64,000 nucleotides of DNA from Chiloscyllium plagiosum (Eukaryota): assembly GCF_004010195.1 (NCBI RefSeq), contig NC_057719.1:29302822-29366821 (forward strand). Direction: 5' to 3'. Every line of letters begins with the position of its first letter. The stretch's first letter is position 1. The notes beneath the pieces were generated by a model that was given only the letters and a program-made list of their open reading frames with translations, did not search any database and was not told the DNA's origin. Both the position numbers and the translations under genes were made by a program. This document shows, piece after piece, positions 13,716-26,059 of this stretch.

Positions 13716-14389
13716 TGATACAGTCCAGAATAAACAGGTGGATCACCTGAAAGCTGTTACCTCACAAACAGGGCAGAAGCATGCCCTGAGATATTGATGC
13801 ATGGTGACCAATATGGAGGTTTTTACAGAGCCAGCAGTAAGCTGCATTCACCAGGTACCCTGTTCTGGTTTTTTTTTATTGTTTAGCTTTTTTGGCACGT
13901 TTGGTAAGATAGAAGGCTAAGTATTAATGAAGTGGATTGAGCTGTCAACAAGGCATTGAACAAGCAAAACTCCCCCACTCAGATCTCACAAAGGACAGGT
14001 TAATTACCTAGAATCAGTCATAAGAGTAGTGATATCAAATGAAATCAGAATGTATATCCTGGTTCACCCTAGCAGGTTGAAATAATATATCCTTGATGAC
14101 TTTTTCAATAGGAAATTGAAATAGGAATTATCAAAAGGAAAATGTAATGCTTGGGTTTATAATGAAATAATATTCTGACTGTCAGGCTTGTGTGATTTCA
14201 CATTGGATCATTAAAATCTGTTTTTATTTCATAGACAGTAAATAAGAGCTGATACTGACCATATTCTACTTGAAATAGGTTCACATATTTTGCTACAATC
14301 TCTTTTGACTTTTGAAGTGAAAAAATCAATAAAGTAAGTGTTACCCTGAAATAACAATCCACCTGTGTATTTCAAAGAGATCAGTACTG

Positions 14390-14830
14390 TTTAATCCACA
14401 AACAACAATAAAGACACAAGGATGTTGCCCTTGAATTGATGTGGTGTGACTGCTGTGGTCTTATGACGCTGTATCAGGATGTCAAAACTGATTTAACCAA
14501 TCAGCTGTTTGCTGTCTTAACAAATGCCATCAAACAGAAGATGACTAAGATGGAGAAGAATTTAAAGAATAAATCCAACCAGATCTGACTAAGTCGGGCA
14601 GTAAGATCATTTCAGATTTGATGTGGCAGCAGCAAAGATTTCAAAGGGCTAGAAGCATTGAGTAATTGGCCTGCAGTGATGCTGTTAAACAATAGAAACC
14701 TGCCTCTGTCCACTGCTGTCATTTTTGCAACTGCTGGTGTGGTTGTTAGCCTTCAATCCATTTCAGAATCTGACTCTTTGAGGGTTTATTCTAATGTTCA
14801 ATGTTCTGCAGGTTTTACTGCAGCCTCACA
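14390..14830 (-). pseudogene. Exon relic: end of F5/8C-like domain 2 followed by SEA-like domain 2
   Basis: RTLNIRINPQRVRF*NGLKA..C resembles ARYIRIxP..LRxELxGC. It is followed by PFEIFAAATSN.../LNSSPS/TADWLNQF/HKTTAVTPHQFKGNILVSLLLFVD, which parallels the SEA-like block at 33350-33580. Confidence 0.5.
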
Positions 14831-15409
14831 ATAATAGAAAGGAATTAGGCAATCATATAATATAACGGTTTAAGGAGAATGACAATCATTTTGCAACTAG
14901 GCTAAGTTGAAGAAAAATATACAGGCAATGCTGTCTTCTCTTCCCCTTGAGAGTATATTTTATCTATTTATCATGTTCCTTTTAATCATTCTCAGGATTT
15001 GGGTGTTAGGAGAAAAGCCAGCATTTATTACTCTTCTATTACAGTCCTAAGAAGAGGGTGGTTTTCAACCTCTGCAGTAACTCTGCATAATGGTTTAATA
15101 CAAATAAGTGACTTGTGAAACCACTTCATGGAGCAATGAAGAGCCAACCATGTTGGGTATGGAATTAAAATCACATGAAACAGAGACAGCAGATTTACTT
15201 TCCCAAATGGAGCAAACTGCAACTTTTTTATGACTGTCCAGGAGTTTGTTATTGTGTTCATTGATACTAGCAGTTTCTCCATTTTCACAAATGTTCAGAT
15301 TAAATTCCAAATTTTTATGTAATTGCAACAGATATGAATATACTCAAGAGTGTCTGGATTACTTGTTCAGCAGCACCCTCCCAGCATCACATACCAACTC
15401 AGGAATATA

Positions 15410-16770
15410 CAATATAGAACATGGAATAGTACAGCACAGATCAGGCCCTTTGGCCCTCGATGTTGTGCTGAGGATTAATCCTAATGTAAAATAAAATAAC
15501 TTAACCTACGTACCCCTCAATTCACTGCTATCCATGTGCATGTCCAGCAGTTGCTTAAATGTCCCTAATGACTCTGCTTCCACCACCGCCGTTGGCAACA
15601 CATTCCATGCATTCACAACTCTCTGCGTAAAGAACCTTCCTCTGATATCCCCGCCATACCTTTCTCCTAATATCTTAAAACTGTGACCCCTCGTGCCAGT
15701 CAATCCTGCCCTGGGGAAACGTCTCTGACTATTGCCTCTATCCATGCCTCTCATTACATTGTATACCTCGATCGGGTCACCTCTCTTCCTCCTTCTCTCC
15801 AGAGAGGAAAGTCCAAGCTTAGTCAATCTCTCTTCATAAGGCAAACCCTCCAGTCCAGGCAGCATCCTGGTAAATCTTCTTTGCACCATCCCCAAAGCCT
15901 CTATATCTTTCCTCTGGTAGGGCGACCACAGCTGGACACAATATTCCAGGTGTGGTGTCACCAGAAACTTGTAGAGCTGCAGCAAAACCTCGCGGCACTT
16001 AAATTCAATACCCCTGTTAATGAAAGTCAAAACACCATATGCTTTCTTAACAACCCTATCCACTTGGGTGGAACTTTGAGGGATCTATGCCCTTGAACAC
16101 CAAGATCCCTCTGTTCCTCCACACTGCCAAGCATCCTGTCTTTAATCCTATATTCAGTATTTGAGTTCAACCTTCCAAAATGCATCACTTCGCATTTATC
16201 CAGGTTGAACTCCATTTGCCATTTCTCAGCCCAGCTCTGCATCCTGTCTATGTCGTGCTGCAGCCTGCAATAGCTCTAGATACTATCACCGGCGTCTCCA
16301 ACCTTTGTGTCATCAGCAAATTTACCAACCCACCCCTCAACCTCCTCATCCAAGTCATTTATAACAACTACAAGAGCAGAGACTCAAGAACAGAGCCTGC
16401 GGGACCCCACTCAACACTGACCTCCAGGCAGAATACTTTCCATCTACAACCACTCTCTGCCTTCTGTCAGCCAACCAATTCTGAAACCAGATAGCCAAAT
16501 CTCCCTGCATCCCAAAGTTCCTGACTTTATGAATGAGCCTACCATGGGGAACCTTATCAAATGCCTTGCTGAAGTCCAAATACACCACGTCCACTTCGTC
16601 AACCTGTCTCGGCACTTCCTCAAAGAACTCAATAAGATTTGTGAGGCGTGACCTGCCCCTCACAAAGCCATGCTGACTGCCTTTAATCACACTATGCTTT
16701 TCCAAATAGTCATACATCCTATCTCTCAGAACTTTCCAAAACTTTGCTGACCATAGATGTAAGACTGACA
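15410..16770 (-). mobile_element. CR1 LINE ORF2 3' half
   Basis: RT motifs SQHGFVRGRSRLTNLIEFFEE, VYLDFSKAFDKVPHGRL, SGVPQ and PHLEYCVQLWSP in ORFs 15506..16801. Confidence 0.97.
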
Positions 16771-16959
16771 ACATATTCAAGGTTGCAACAGAGTAAGACA
16801 CTCCTACCGAAGCTCCTCTGCGCCACTGTTCTTTTTCTTTTCTACTTTTTTTTCTTTTCCTTTTTCTCTTCCCTTAGCCCCAGGGGTGAATCCTGGAACA
16901 GTGACAGGCACAGGCGGTGAGTCTCCGTGCAGTGTGGGATCGAAGACCCAGAGCAGCAC

Positions 16960-17730
16960 ACTGGCGGCGGGTCCCGGAGCAATATGTGGGCAGCGTGTCC
17001 CAGTACAGTGCATGGGCAGTGAGTCCCGAAGCAGTATGTGGGTAGTGAGTTCCAGAGCAGTGCATGGGCAGCGAGTCCCGGAGCAGCGTGTGGGCAGCAT
17101 GTCCCGGAGCAGTGCGTGGGAGTGAGTCGCAGAGCAGTGCATGGGCAGTGAGTCCCGAAGCAGCGCATGGGCACGTGTCCCAGAGCAGTGCGTGGGCAGT
17201 GAGTCCCAGAGCAGTGCGTGGGCATTGAGTCCTGGAGCAGTGCATGGGCAGCGAGTCCCAGAGCAGTGCGTGGGAAGTGAGTCCCGGAGTAGTGCTTGGG
17301 CAGAGTCCCGGAGTAGCATGTGGGCAGTGAGGCCTGGAGCTGCACGTGGGCACGTGTCCTGGAGCAGTGTCTGGGCAGCGAGTCACGGAGCAGTGCTTGG
17401 GCAGCGTATCCTGGAGCAGCACACGGGCAGTGAGTCCTGGAGCAGAATGCGGACAGCGAGTCCTGGAGCAGCACACGGGCAGTGAGTCCCAGAGCAGCAC
17501 ACGGGCAGCAAGTCCTGGAGCAGAGCAGCACATGGGCAGCGAGTCCCAGAGCAGCACATGGGCAGCGAGTCCCAGAGCAGCACACGTGCAACAAGTCCCA
17601 GATCAGCACAAGGGCAGTGAATCCCAGAGCAGCACATGGGCAGCAAGTCCCGGAACAGAGAGGACAGCAAGCTCTAGAGCAACGAGGGCAGTGAATCCTG
17701 GAGCAGCACGCAGGCAGTGAGACCCGGGCA
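16960..17730. repeat. GC-rich 26-bp minisatellite, about 30 copies
   Basis: Unit approximately gcatgggcagtgagtcccggagcagt, counted directly. It explains the 26-aa periodic ORFs in all three minus frames. Confidence 0.95.
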
Positions 17731-18334
17731 GAGACCGCAGTCCTGGAACTTACCTTGGTGTAGCTAAGTGCTGCTACTGAGTGGAGCGGGAACGGCTGTT
17801 GGACTGCAGTCTAGCATGGGCATTCAGACCACATGCAGAGGCCCTGTGCAGACCCAACTCTAATGTCAATCCTTTAACATTGTCTTATTTCTGACTTAGT
17901 TTTTAAACTCTGTAAAGTAATGCAACTACTTTTTATTCCTCTTTTGTATCAAAGGTTTGTACCTCAGTACTTGGACCTAAGATGGTGCCATTAGACTCAG
18001 ACATTGTAAAAGCTTTTCACTATACTCCTACAATGGAGTACAGGTGACAATAAAAAAAATTCTAATCTAGATTGGAATCTTACGATGGTGACAGGGAACT
18101 CAGCAGCTGGCTGAAAATAGAGTGAGACCCCTGTGTTAGTTCTTAATAACAAGTTCCACTCCATCTTGTGTGATTCACACATTCAAAAGGTCACTGAACC
18201 ACAGTGATGAAGGCCATGCTGTCTGAAATGTGCTCAGTAGCGCCACCAGAAAGGTGATGGCACAGGCGACGAGGGAGTTACAGAGTCAGGGTCGTGAAGA
18301 GGGTTGGGGTGGTCAGATGGCAGCAGGGACAGAA

Positions 18335-18680
18335 GTGGGTAGCGTGGTAGCACAGTTTTGAGCACTACTACCATACAGTGCCAGGGAGCCAGATTCAATT
18401 CCAATCTTGGGTCTGTGTGGAGTTTGCACATTCCTCCGTGTTGCCTGGGTTTCCACCAGGTGCTCCAGTTTCCTCCCACAGTCCAAAGATGTGCACGTTA
18501 GTTTGATTGATCATTCTAAATTGCCCTGTAGTGTTCAGGAAAGTGCAGGCGAGGTGGTTTAGCTGTGGTATATGCAAGGTGATGAGGATAGAGTGAGGTA
18601 TAGGTCTGGTTTAACTCTCTTTGCAGACTCAATGGGCTGAATAGCCTCTATATGCACTGTAGACATTCTAAGATTCTGTG
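18335..18680 (+). mobile_element. Older HE1-type SINE
   Basis: Core tgtgtggagtttgcacatt...cctcccacagtccaaagatgtgc. Confidence 0.85.
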
Positions 18681-19549
18681 ACAGAGAATAGCTCCCCCTT
18701 CCTGATGCCAGGTCTCACAATCAGACACTGAACCCCCGGAAGCCTGCACAAATTGCCTATGAAAGGACTTCAATGGCAGTGGAACGGGAAGGTTGTCCAC
18801 TTTGGATTAATAGGAGGGGAGGTTGGGAGATGTGGGTGTTCCCACTTGTCACTGTCCTGCCCAATTAAATGTCACTACCCCATTGTCAAACTCACCATAA
18901 GGGAACAGCCCAAGAAAATGCCATTTTACCACTATCATTTGCTAATGTAATGAAACAGACTCTATTTTTGCTTTTAAGTATAGTCACTTATGGTGGGTGC
19001 ACTGGTGTTATCACGATTCTCCTGATAAAACAACTGAACCCTGACAGAATCCAACCAAACCCCTGTGATCAAGGTGGAAGCCTGAGAAAACTCTGATAAT
19101 GTTAGGAAGCTCCAACAGAATCTGGCTTATATTGTTGATCTATATGGAAACAGCTGGGACACAAAACAGATTCTGTAATACTCCTATTAGTCATTATCCA
19201 TCAGCTTTAATGTGCTTGCCATCCCATTTTAATCCAACTGCTTAATTTAACTTTAAATCCCTAAGCCAGTTAAAAACAAAACACAAATTGTGAAATATAT
19301 TTTGAAAATCTATTTAATAGCTAACTTTTCATATAGTTACCTTAGTCATCCTAACTAGGAAATTTAATATGGATATTTGGAAAATCATTGAACATATAAA
19401 GCAAGTATAATTTGTTTACATTTTTCAGACATCAGTTAGATACAGATAATTCTTTGAGAAATTATCTGCATAATAATACTACAAACGATAAACATTTTAA
19501 ATGAATCTTTATCAAGTATCACAAATTAAGATACAGGTTAGAATTCTAG

Positions 19550-20790
19550 ATGTGCTATGCTGTAGATGTTGAAAATCTGAAACAAAAACAGAAAATATTG
19601 GATATGCTCAGGAGATCAGGCAACATCTGTGGAGAGAGAAACAGAGTTAATGCCTCAGGTCTGCGACATTCATTTAGAACCGGAAAATGTTAGACATGTG
19701 ATTGACTTTGAGCAAAGTGGGATAACAATGGAAGCCAGATCTGTGATAGAATGAGAGATAGGAGAAATTGGATGTCAGAAGAGTTAGTCTAGGCCCATGA
19801 GGGAATGGTGATCGAGCAAGAAAAGAACAATGAAATACAAAATAGAGCAGAAGTGCTACTGTCTGAAAGGAAAATTCTGTAAAATAGAAAATAAACAAAA
19901 CGGAGAAACAAAATTTAAAGTCTGAAAGTGTTGAACTCAGTGTTGAGTCTGGAAGGCTGAAAAGTACCTAATTGCAAGACAAATGCTGTTCCTCAAAGTA
20001 ACATTGAACTTAACTGAAACAGTGCACCAGACCAAGGATAAGGATATCAGTAGAACAGCAGTTAGAGAATTAAAATGGCAGGCCACCATAAGCTCAGGGT
20101 TAAGTTTGTGTATTGAATAGAGATGTAGTACTAAGTGAGTAATCCAATCTGTATTTGGTCAGTCCAGCGCTGAAGAGACCAAATTGTAAATAGCATATAA
20201 AGTGCACCAAATGGAAATAAGTGGATTTGAAGATGAGAACAAGGAGAAATCTTTTTGTGAATTTGGAAGAGAGGAATGGGTTGAGTGCAGAAGTATGGAA
20301 AATGTTGCAGACATGGACAAGCCCTGACAACCATGAAGGTGAAGGGAATACTTAGTAAAGGAAATAGAAGTCATCTTAGGAATGCTGGAATGGAAAGTAA
20401 ATCATCAGATTTACTGACAAAGGAACTGGGAGAATAGAACAGAGCCCTTATAGAGAGTGGGGTGTGACAAAATGTGGAAGAGATAACTGTGGTAGTCAGT
20501 AGAATTATAATGAATATTAGTTGATAGCCTAAAACCAGGGATGTAGACAACGAACTCAAGGGACAGAAGGGAAAGAGTTAGAGATGGATCATGTGAAACT
20601 GAGAGAAAGTTGGAATTTGGAAACAAATTTGATGAAGTTTTTTCATTCAAGTTGAGAGTGGAACGCAGCACCAATATAGTCATCAATGCATCAGAAAAAG
20701 GTTTGAGGATTGCAAGGCATATGGTAGCACTGGATAAAGAATGTCCAATGAAAAAAAGGCATTGCTAGGATCTATACACAAGGGAGCACC
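19550..20790 (-). mobile_element. Degraded Penelope-like element (RT C-terminal region)
   Basis: ORF 20411..20686 LSTNIHYNSTDYHSYL..SHPTLYKGSVLFSQFL resembles the PLE motif TxxYxKPTDxxxYL..SxHP..KxSIPxSQFLR. Confidence 0.75.
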
Positions 20791-21259
20791 ATGACTTATG
20801 TGATTCCCTCAAAGCCACATTATCCTGACTTTGCAAGATACTGTTATGTGTTAGGGGGACTAATTGACTGGATGGCTAGTTTTCAGAACAGAGTGATACC
20901 AGTAACATGGGTTCAATTTCCACTCTAGCTGAGGTTACCATGAGGATCTCTCCTTCTCAGGCTCTCTCTCACTGAGGCATGGTGATCCTGAGGATAAACC
21001 ATTATGAGTCTAATGAGACAGCAGCCCTACTTAAGATTATGGTGACTTTACCTTTATTACCACTCATTCACTATCATTGGATTAAAATCCTAGAAAGTTC
21101 TTCATAATAGCAGTGTAAGGAGCAATCTCATCACTATCCTCTCAAAGCCATTTAGGAATGGGCAATAAATGATAGTCTAACTGGTAATGCTCACATCCTG
21201 TGAAGGAATTAAAAAAAAAACAAACCATAACAATACCTATAGCAAAATTTTTACTTTGG

Positions 21260-21605
21260 AAATAGAACTAGTCTGACTCAAGATTGGAAAACAGACAAAT
21301 TCTAACCTCACACCTTTAATGCATTGTCTGAGCTGAGATGTCACCTTTCTTTATAAAACCTTAAGTTATCTTGAGAATATGACTTAAAAGCTAAGTTCTG
21401 GGATTTACATATTAATGAACCAAAACCTGCAACCCATTCTAAAAGATGAAAGACTTAACAGCAATCTAGGTTTGTTTAATATATCATTTCAGTTGCATGA
21501 CACTGTAATCTTTTGCTCTACCTGATGAAGAAGCAACGCTCTGAAAGCTAGTGCTTCCATGTAAACCTGTTGGACTATAATCTGGTGTTGTGTGAATTTT
21601 AAGTT
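21260..21605 (+). mobile_element. Penelope-type terminal fragment (family C) with degenerate hammerhead motif at 21518-21553
   Basis: CUGAUGA-A-gaagc-aac-gcucu-GAAA-GC-UA-GUG; same family as 33105-33195. Confidence 0.65.
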
Positions 21606-22152
21606 TATAGTGAAAAAGTATATCATAGCAAAAGGTACATTTTCAAATAGCTGGATTGTAGCCTTTTTAAAATCGCTACAGTAATTAACATACAAAATAT
21701 TTAAGAGTAACATTAAAATAGACAATTCAGTAATAACAAGTTTGATTTTCCAAATTTTTTGTTCTTAAATTTGGCTGTGCACTAGCCTACATGAGTATTC
21801 AGGACAAGTCATATTCTATCCTTTCAAAGTTATTTGTTAATGCAGATTTGCTGGAAGCTTGATTATTTTAACCAAAGTTCTGAAAATAGACATACTAATT
21901 CACCCCCTTTAGTTTTAAGTTTGGAGGCTGATGAAGAGAATTATGTGTTGTGATGCTGAATTTTCCTACTTTTTATGTATTATGTATATATAGTTGGTGC
22001 AGGGCTGTATTATGTATATATAGATGATACAGGCACTCTGTAATTTAACTGCCTTATATCTTTAGTATACGAGTTACAAAGCTAACTAACCTGAAGCCTC
22101 CTAAACTGACATGCAGCAGTTGTCAGTCACCTAGCAACAAGTTTCCTATCAC

Positions 22153-22339
22153 CTGCTGTGCTCTTTAATTCAACAAATCTGCTCAGGACATGGGGTTGTA
22201 CTCCTGACAAAGCACATTATGTGGAAGACCAAAGGATACAACACTTTACTGTAGACACCACTTTGGTCCCTATTGACCACTGGACTTTTCTAGTAACTAA
22301 GAAAAGGCTCCAACATCATGCTCTGAAAAGGGGGGGAGA
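22153..22339 (-). pseudogene. Exon relic: middle of F5/8C-like domain 2
   Basis: Strong acceptor (ttttctctgttcag) after an intron of about 89 nt. GPKWCLQ*SVVSFGLPHNV/LSGVQ resembles WLQVDxG.P..V.GVxTQG. Donor gtgata. Confidence 0.45.
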
Positions 22340-22428
22340 CTGAACAGAGAAAACATTTGCTTCTAATTGTGATTGACTAAATAATGAAAATGATGTTCTT
22401 TTTAAATTTTTGCTTGTTAAGTCCATAC

Positions 22429-22563
22429 TTTTTGTCACCTGGTAATCAGAAAGAACTCCTGCTGGGATAAGGCCAAACATTGAACACTCTCAAACCTTTG
22501 TTTCTTCTTCTTCTGACAGCTGAATTGACAGCTTTGAAAAAGCCCCAGCAGAAGGGATACATG
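22429..22563 (-). pseudogene. Exon relic: start of F5/8C-like domain 2
   Basis: 135-nt phase 1-1 block (tttag|...|gtatgg) reading CIPSAGAFSKLSIQLSEEEETKV*ECSMFGLIPAGVLSDYQVTK with a single TGA. It matches C..LG..SG.I.D.QITAS. Confidence 0.65.
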
Positions 22564-23484
22564 CTAAACTTCATTGGCTAATGTGTCAAGAGTATCATTA
22601 CAAAGTTTATGTACATTTGTGACATGTTCATTAATTTTAAAGTTTTCTTATTAGTGGCTCCTATGCATGATGTATAAGTGTCATACAACCCTGTGAAATT
22701 CTATTTGTGAGAAAACAACAGAAAAGTTTTATTAAAGTTGTAGTAAACCCATAATGTAGAACTCCAAAGACAGAGAAAAAAAAACTGATCTTAATTATAA
22801 TTAGTGCATTATATTGATTTGTGCACAGTTCTCTAATGGAAAAATAAAATTATAAATTGTACAAATGATAGACAGAATTGCCATTTTGACACATACCTAG
22901 TAATCTTTCACATTCATGCCTAGATAATACATAACATTGTTTTAAGCAACAAAAATAAGTTTTAAAGCATTTAGCACAGTAAAATGTCCCAGAGTGCATA
23001 ACAGGGGGGGGGTAATCAAACAAAAATTAACACTGAAATTCTTAAGTAGGTATCAGGCTAAACATTTGGTCAAACAGCTGGGTTTTCATAAGTGTCTTAA
23101 AAAGGGGGAGAGGTAGTGAGGCCAATAAGTTTATGATGAAAATTCGAGTTTAGGAAAGAGGACCTTTGAAGGCTCAATCACTGCTGCTGAACTAATGGAA
23201 ATCAGGGATACACAAGAGGCCAGTTGTCTTGGAGGTTTGTGAGGATGTAGGAAGTTACATGCTGAGCGAGTTACGCTAGCATATGAAGAATGAAAGGCAG
23301 GAAAATAACCTTTGGCTCATTCAGGCTGTCCCCACAATTATAATACTGTTGTATATCACAATAAGTACATTTTCTACTATAAACCACACCATGTGAGCTC
23401 AGCCAGCATTGGCAAATACCAGCTCTCAGGCAGAGCTTGGAGGTATGAATAATCTATATACTAATTCACTACTGGTAATAAGTA

Positions 23485-24207
23485 CCATATATACTTGAGT
23501 ACAAGTCAAATTTTTTAGACTGTTTTTTAAGGTTAAATTTATGGAGGTTGACTATTACATGATACTACTTTTGAGGGGCTGAAAAGTGCACAATGAATTA
23601 TGGTAATTCCATGATTAATATGGAGGAACTGAGCTCAGCTCAGCAACACACAAAAGGAGGTTGTCACCTGACTCTGACCTGATATGTCCTAAACCTTTGC
23701 GCCAAATTCTTCCAGTTCCTTCATTTTTTCTCCTCTACCGTTGTTTTAATTTTTTAAACTAACATTTTAAGCTTTTATTTCTGATTAAAAAAGTTATCAG
23801 ACATTTGACTCTCATACAATCTCATCGATCATTATAGCTGTGAGAAATCGTCAACAGCTGCACAGTAATTACCTTGAAGCAAATGCATATAGGCCTCTTA
23901 TTTAGGAAATGATGGTGTGATAAACTTTGTATCACACTAATTATATGAAAATAGTGCTCGTTCAATAATGAACTTAAGAATTTTGTAGTCTAACATTGAT
24001 GTGAATTATACATCAAAACACATATTAGCACAAGAAAAATGCATTTCCTCATCATAACATTTATTTACAGAATAATACCTTGGCTCACAAGTGTTGATTT
24101 GTTATCTATGAAGAACTAGTTGACTTTTACATGATATTCCAGACATTTTGGTCAAAAATAAGGGGTCGACTTTTACATGACGTCGACTTTTACTTGAGTA
24201 TATAGGG
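23485..24207. mobile_element. Non-autonomous Tc1/mariner-superfamily (pogo/Tc2-like) DNA transposon
   Basis: Imperfect TIRs ccatatatacttgagtacaagtc and gacttttacttgagtatataggg, flanked by TA on both sides; subterminal repeats gacttttacatga; no transposase. Confidence 0.8.
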
Positions 24208-24249
24208 TAAATAGTTTCATGATTCTGCGATAATTTCTGTTTTGAGACC

Positions 24250-24370
24250 TCTTTGCCTTGCAGTGATCAAAGCAACACAACAGGCAAAATATTCTGGATT
24301 CCTGGAGACATGCTAGCTATGTGTCGTGACATCCAAATGGTTCAGCAGTTTTGGATAGGTATTAGGAAGT
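24250..24370 (-). pseudogene. Possible CBM14-like exon relic
   Basis: aatttag| FLIPIQNC*TIW/CHDT*LAC/SPGIQ; Cys spacing is only loosely CBM14-like. Confidence 0.3.
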
Positions 24371-24679
24371 CTAAATTAAACTTAGTTGCACATCTGAAGC
24401 ACTGACCTTCATTAATAGCGACTTTGCTTTTTATCTGATGGAGAGATATTAACCAGTTTCCTTAAAAGTGTATTAAACAAGTACATCTCACACCCAGCTT
24501 TTTTGAAATAAGAGCCTGCTTACTAGCTTTGTGCACATCTATTAGGCTGGATATTATGCTGTACTGTAGAGATCAAGCAGAAAAGCAAAAATAATCTACA
24601 AAATATTGTTTTGTATACAATAAAAGAACTGTTAACTTCTGTTGAGTTTCATGTTATGACTAGCTTCCCAGAGAATTAC

Positions 24680-24845
24680 CTGATTTATCTACCGTTTTGG
24701 CTATTGGGCAGTCATTGATTTTCAAGGTTCCAGCTAAGAGCTGCCAAACATCGAGTACATGGAGACTATAAATAGAGCTTTATCTGGTCCTTTTATTATG
24801 TCAACTCTGGAGCATTATTCATTAATGAAAGTCTGCCAAGCATAC
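24680..24845 (-). pseudogene. Exon relic: CBM14-like repeat
   Basis: IKGPDKALFIV/PCTRCLAALSWNLENQ/DCPIAKTVDKS G|gtaatt matches D..F..C....C..GLxWN....C. Confidence 0.6.
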
Positions 24846-24854
24846 ATGGACTCA

Positions 24855-25495
24855 GAGTCACAGAGATGTACAGCACGGAAATAGACCATTCGGTTGAACT
24901 CATCCATGCTGACCAGATAACCTAAACTAATCTAGCCCCATTTGCCAGCACTTGGCTCATATTCCTCTGAATCCTTCCTATTCAGATACCCATCCAGATG
25001 CCTTTTAAATGCTGTAACTGTACCAGCCTCTACTACATCCTCTGGCAGCTCATTCTATACATACACCACCCTCTGCACGAAAAAGTTGCCCCTTAGGGCC
25101 CTTTTATATCTTTCCCCTCTCACCGTAAACCTTTGCCCTCTAGTTCTGGACTCCCCCACCCCAAGGAAAAGACTTTGTCTGTTTATCCTATCCATGTCCC
25201 CATGATTTTATAAACCTCTATAAGGTCACCACTCAGCCTCCGACACTCCACAGAAAACAGCCCCAGCCTGTTCAGCCTCTCCCTACAGCTCAAGTTCTCC
25301 AATTCTGGCAATATCCTTGTAAATCTTTTCTGAACCCTTTCAAGTTTCACAATACCCTTCCGATAGGAATGAGACCAGAATTGCATGTGGTATTCCACAA
25401 GTGGCCTAACCAATGTCCTGCACAGGTGCAACATGACCTCCCAACTCCTGTATTCAATACTCTGACCAATAAAGGAAAGCATACCAAACGCCCCT
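24855..25495 (-). mobile_element. CR1 LINE 3' portion
   Basis: ORF 25183..25482 LVRPLVEYHMQFWS...RLNRLGLFSVECRRLSGDLIEVYKIM. Confidence 0.95.
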
Positions 25496-26059
25496 CACAG
25501 CATCTTATCACTAAGCCCTTTTAATTGGGGTTTGTTCCTGTGTCTCTGTACAAGTGGGAAACAGATGTTTTCCTGTTTGCCCATACATCTACCATTGTTC
25601 TATAATCATGTCTCATGCTAACATATCATTTTTTTAGCTGAATATATATATTTCCTCATTCTTGTTCTGTATCAGAATTTATAGTTGCAGAAATAAAATT
25701 AATTCATCTATATCCCACATATATCTTCCATGTCCTTTTCCACAGTAAATACTGATGTAAAATACTTATTTACTATCTCCCCATCTCCTGCGGCTTCACA
25801 CATTGGTCACCTTCCTGATCTTTGAGGGGCCCTATTCTCTCCCTAGTTACTCTTTTGTCCTTAATGTATTTATAAAAATCAAAGTTCATTATTTAAAATA
25901 ACAATATGGTCTAACTGAAATTATTCTTTAGGTCAAAAATTAAGTTTGGAGTTAAGAAGTTAAATAAAGTGTTTTAAGAATTAAGAATAAAATATTACTA
26001 TCTTGAGAGGTTATTTGCAATGATAGTTACATTTAACAAGAAGAGCAGTAATTTTCTCT

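Larger units (their letters stand above)
11930..13790 (+). mobile_element. Degraded Gypsy/Ty3 LTR retrotransposon integrase region, interrupted by a SINE and a CR1
   Basis: Integrase motifs FVTHGLLKVLVTDNGMSFTSSEFECFLK and AVQMLKVGLKK...SRFLFDYRTIPHATTKIAPAELLM; DDILLWGARVIV lies upstream. Confidence 0.88.

Noticed and set aside
16804..17720. Long Cys/His-rich ORFs (171-255 aa) in several frames
   Set aside because: They are read-through of a 26-bp tandem repeat with no stops in the minus frames, not a metallothionein or keratin-associated gene.
16960..17730. CRISPR-like repeat array
   Set aside because: Units are contiguous with no unique spacers, there are no cas genes, and the context is vertebrate.
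21975..22035. Short tandem duplication (similar ones at 9175-9205 and 47508-47551)
   Set aside because: Ordinary slippage duplications with no sign of function.
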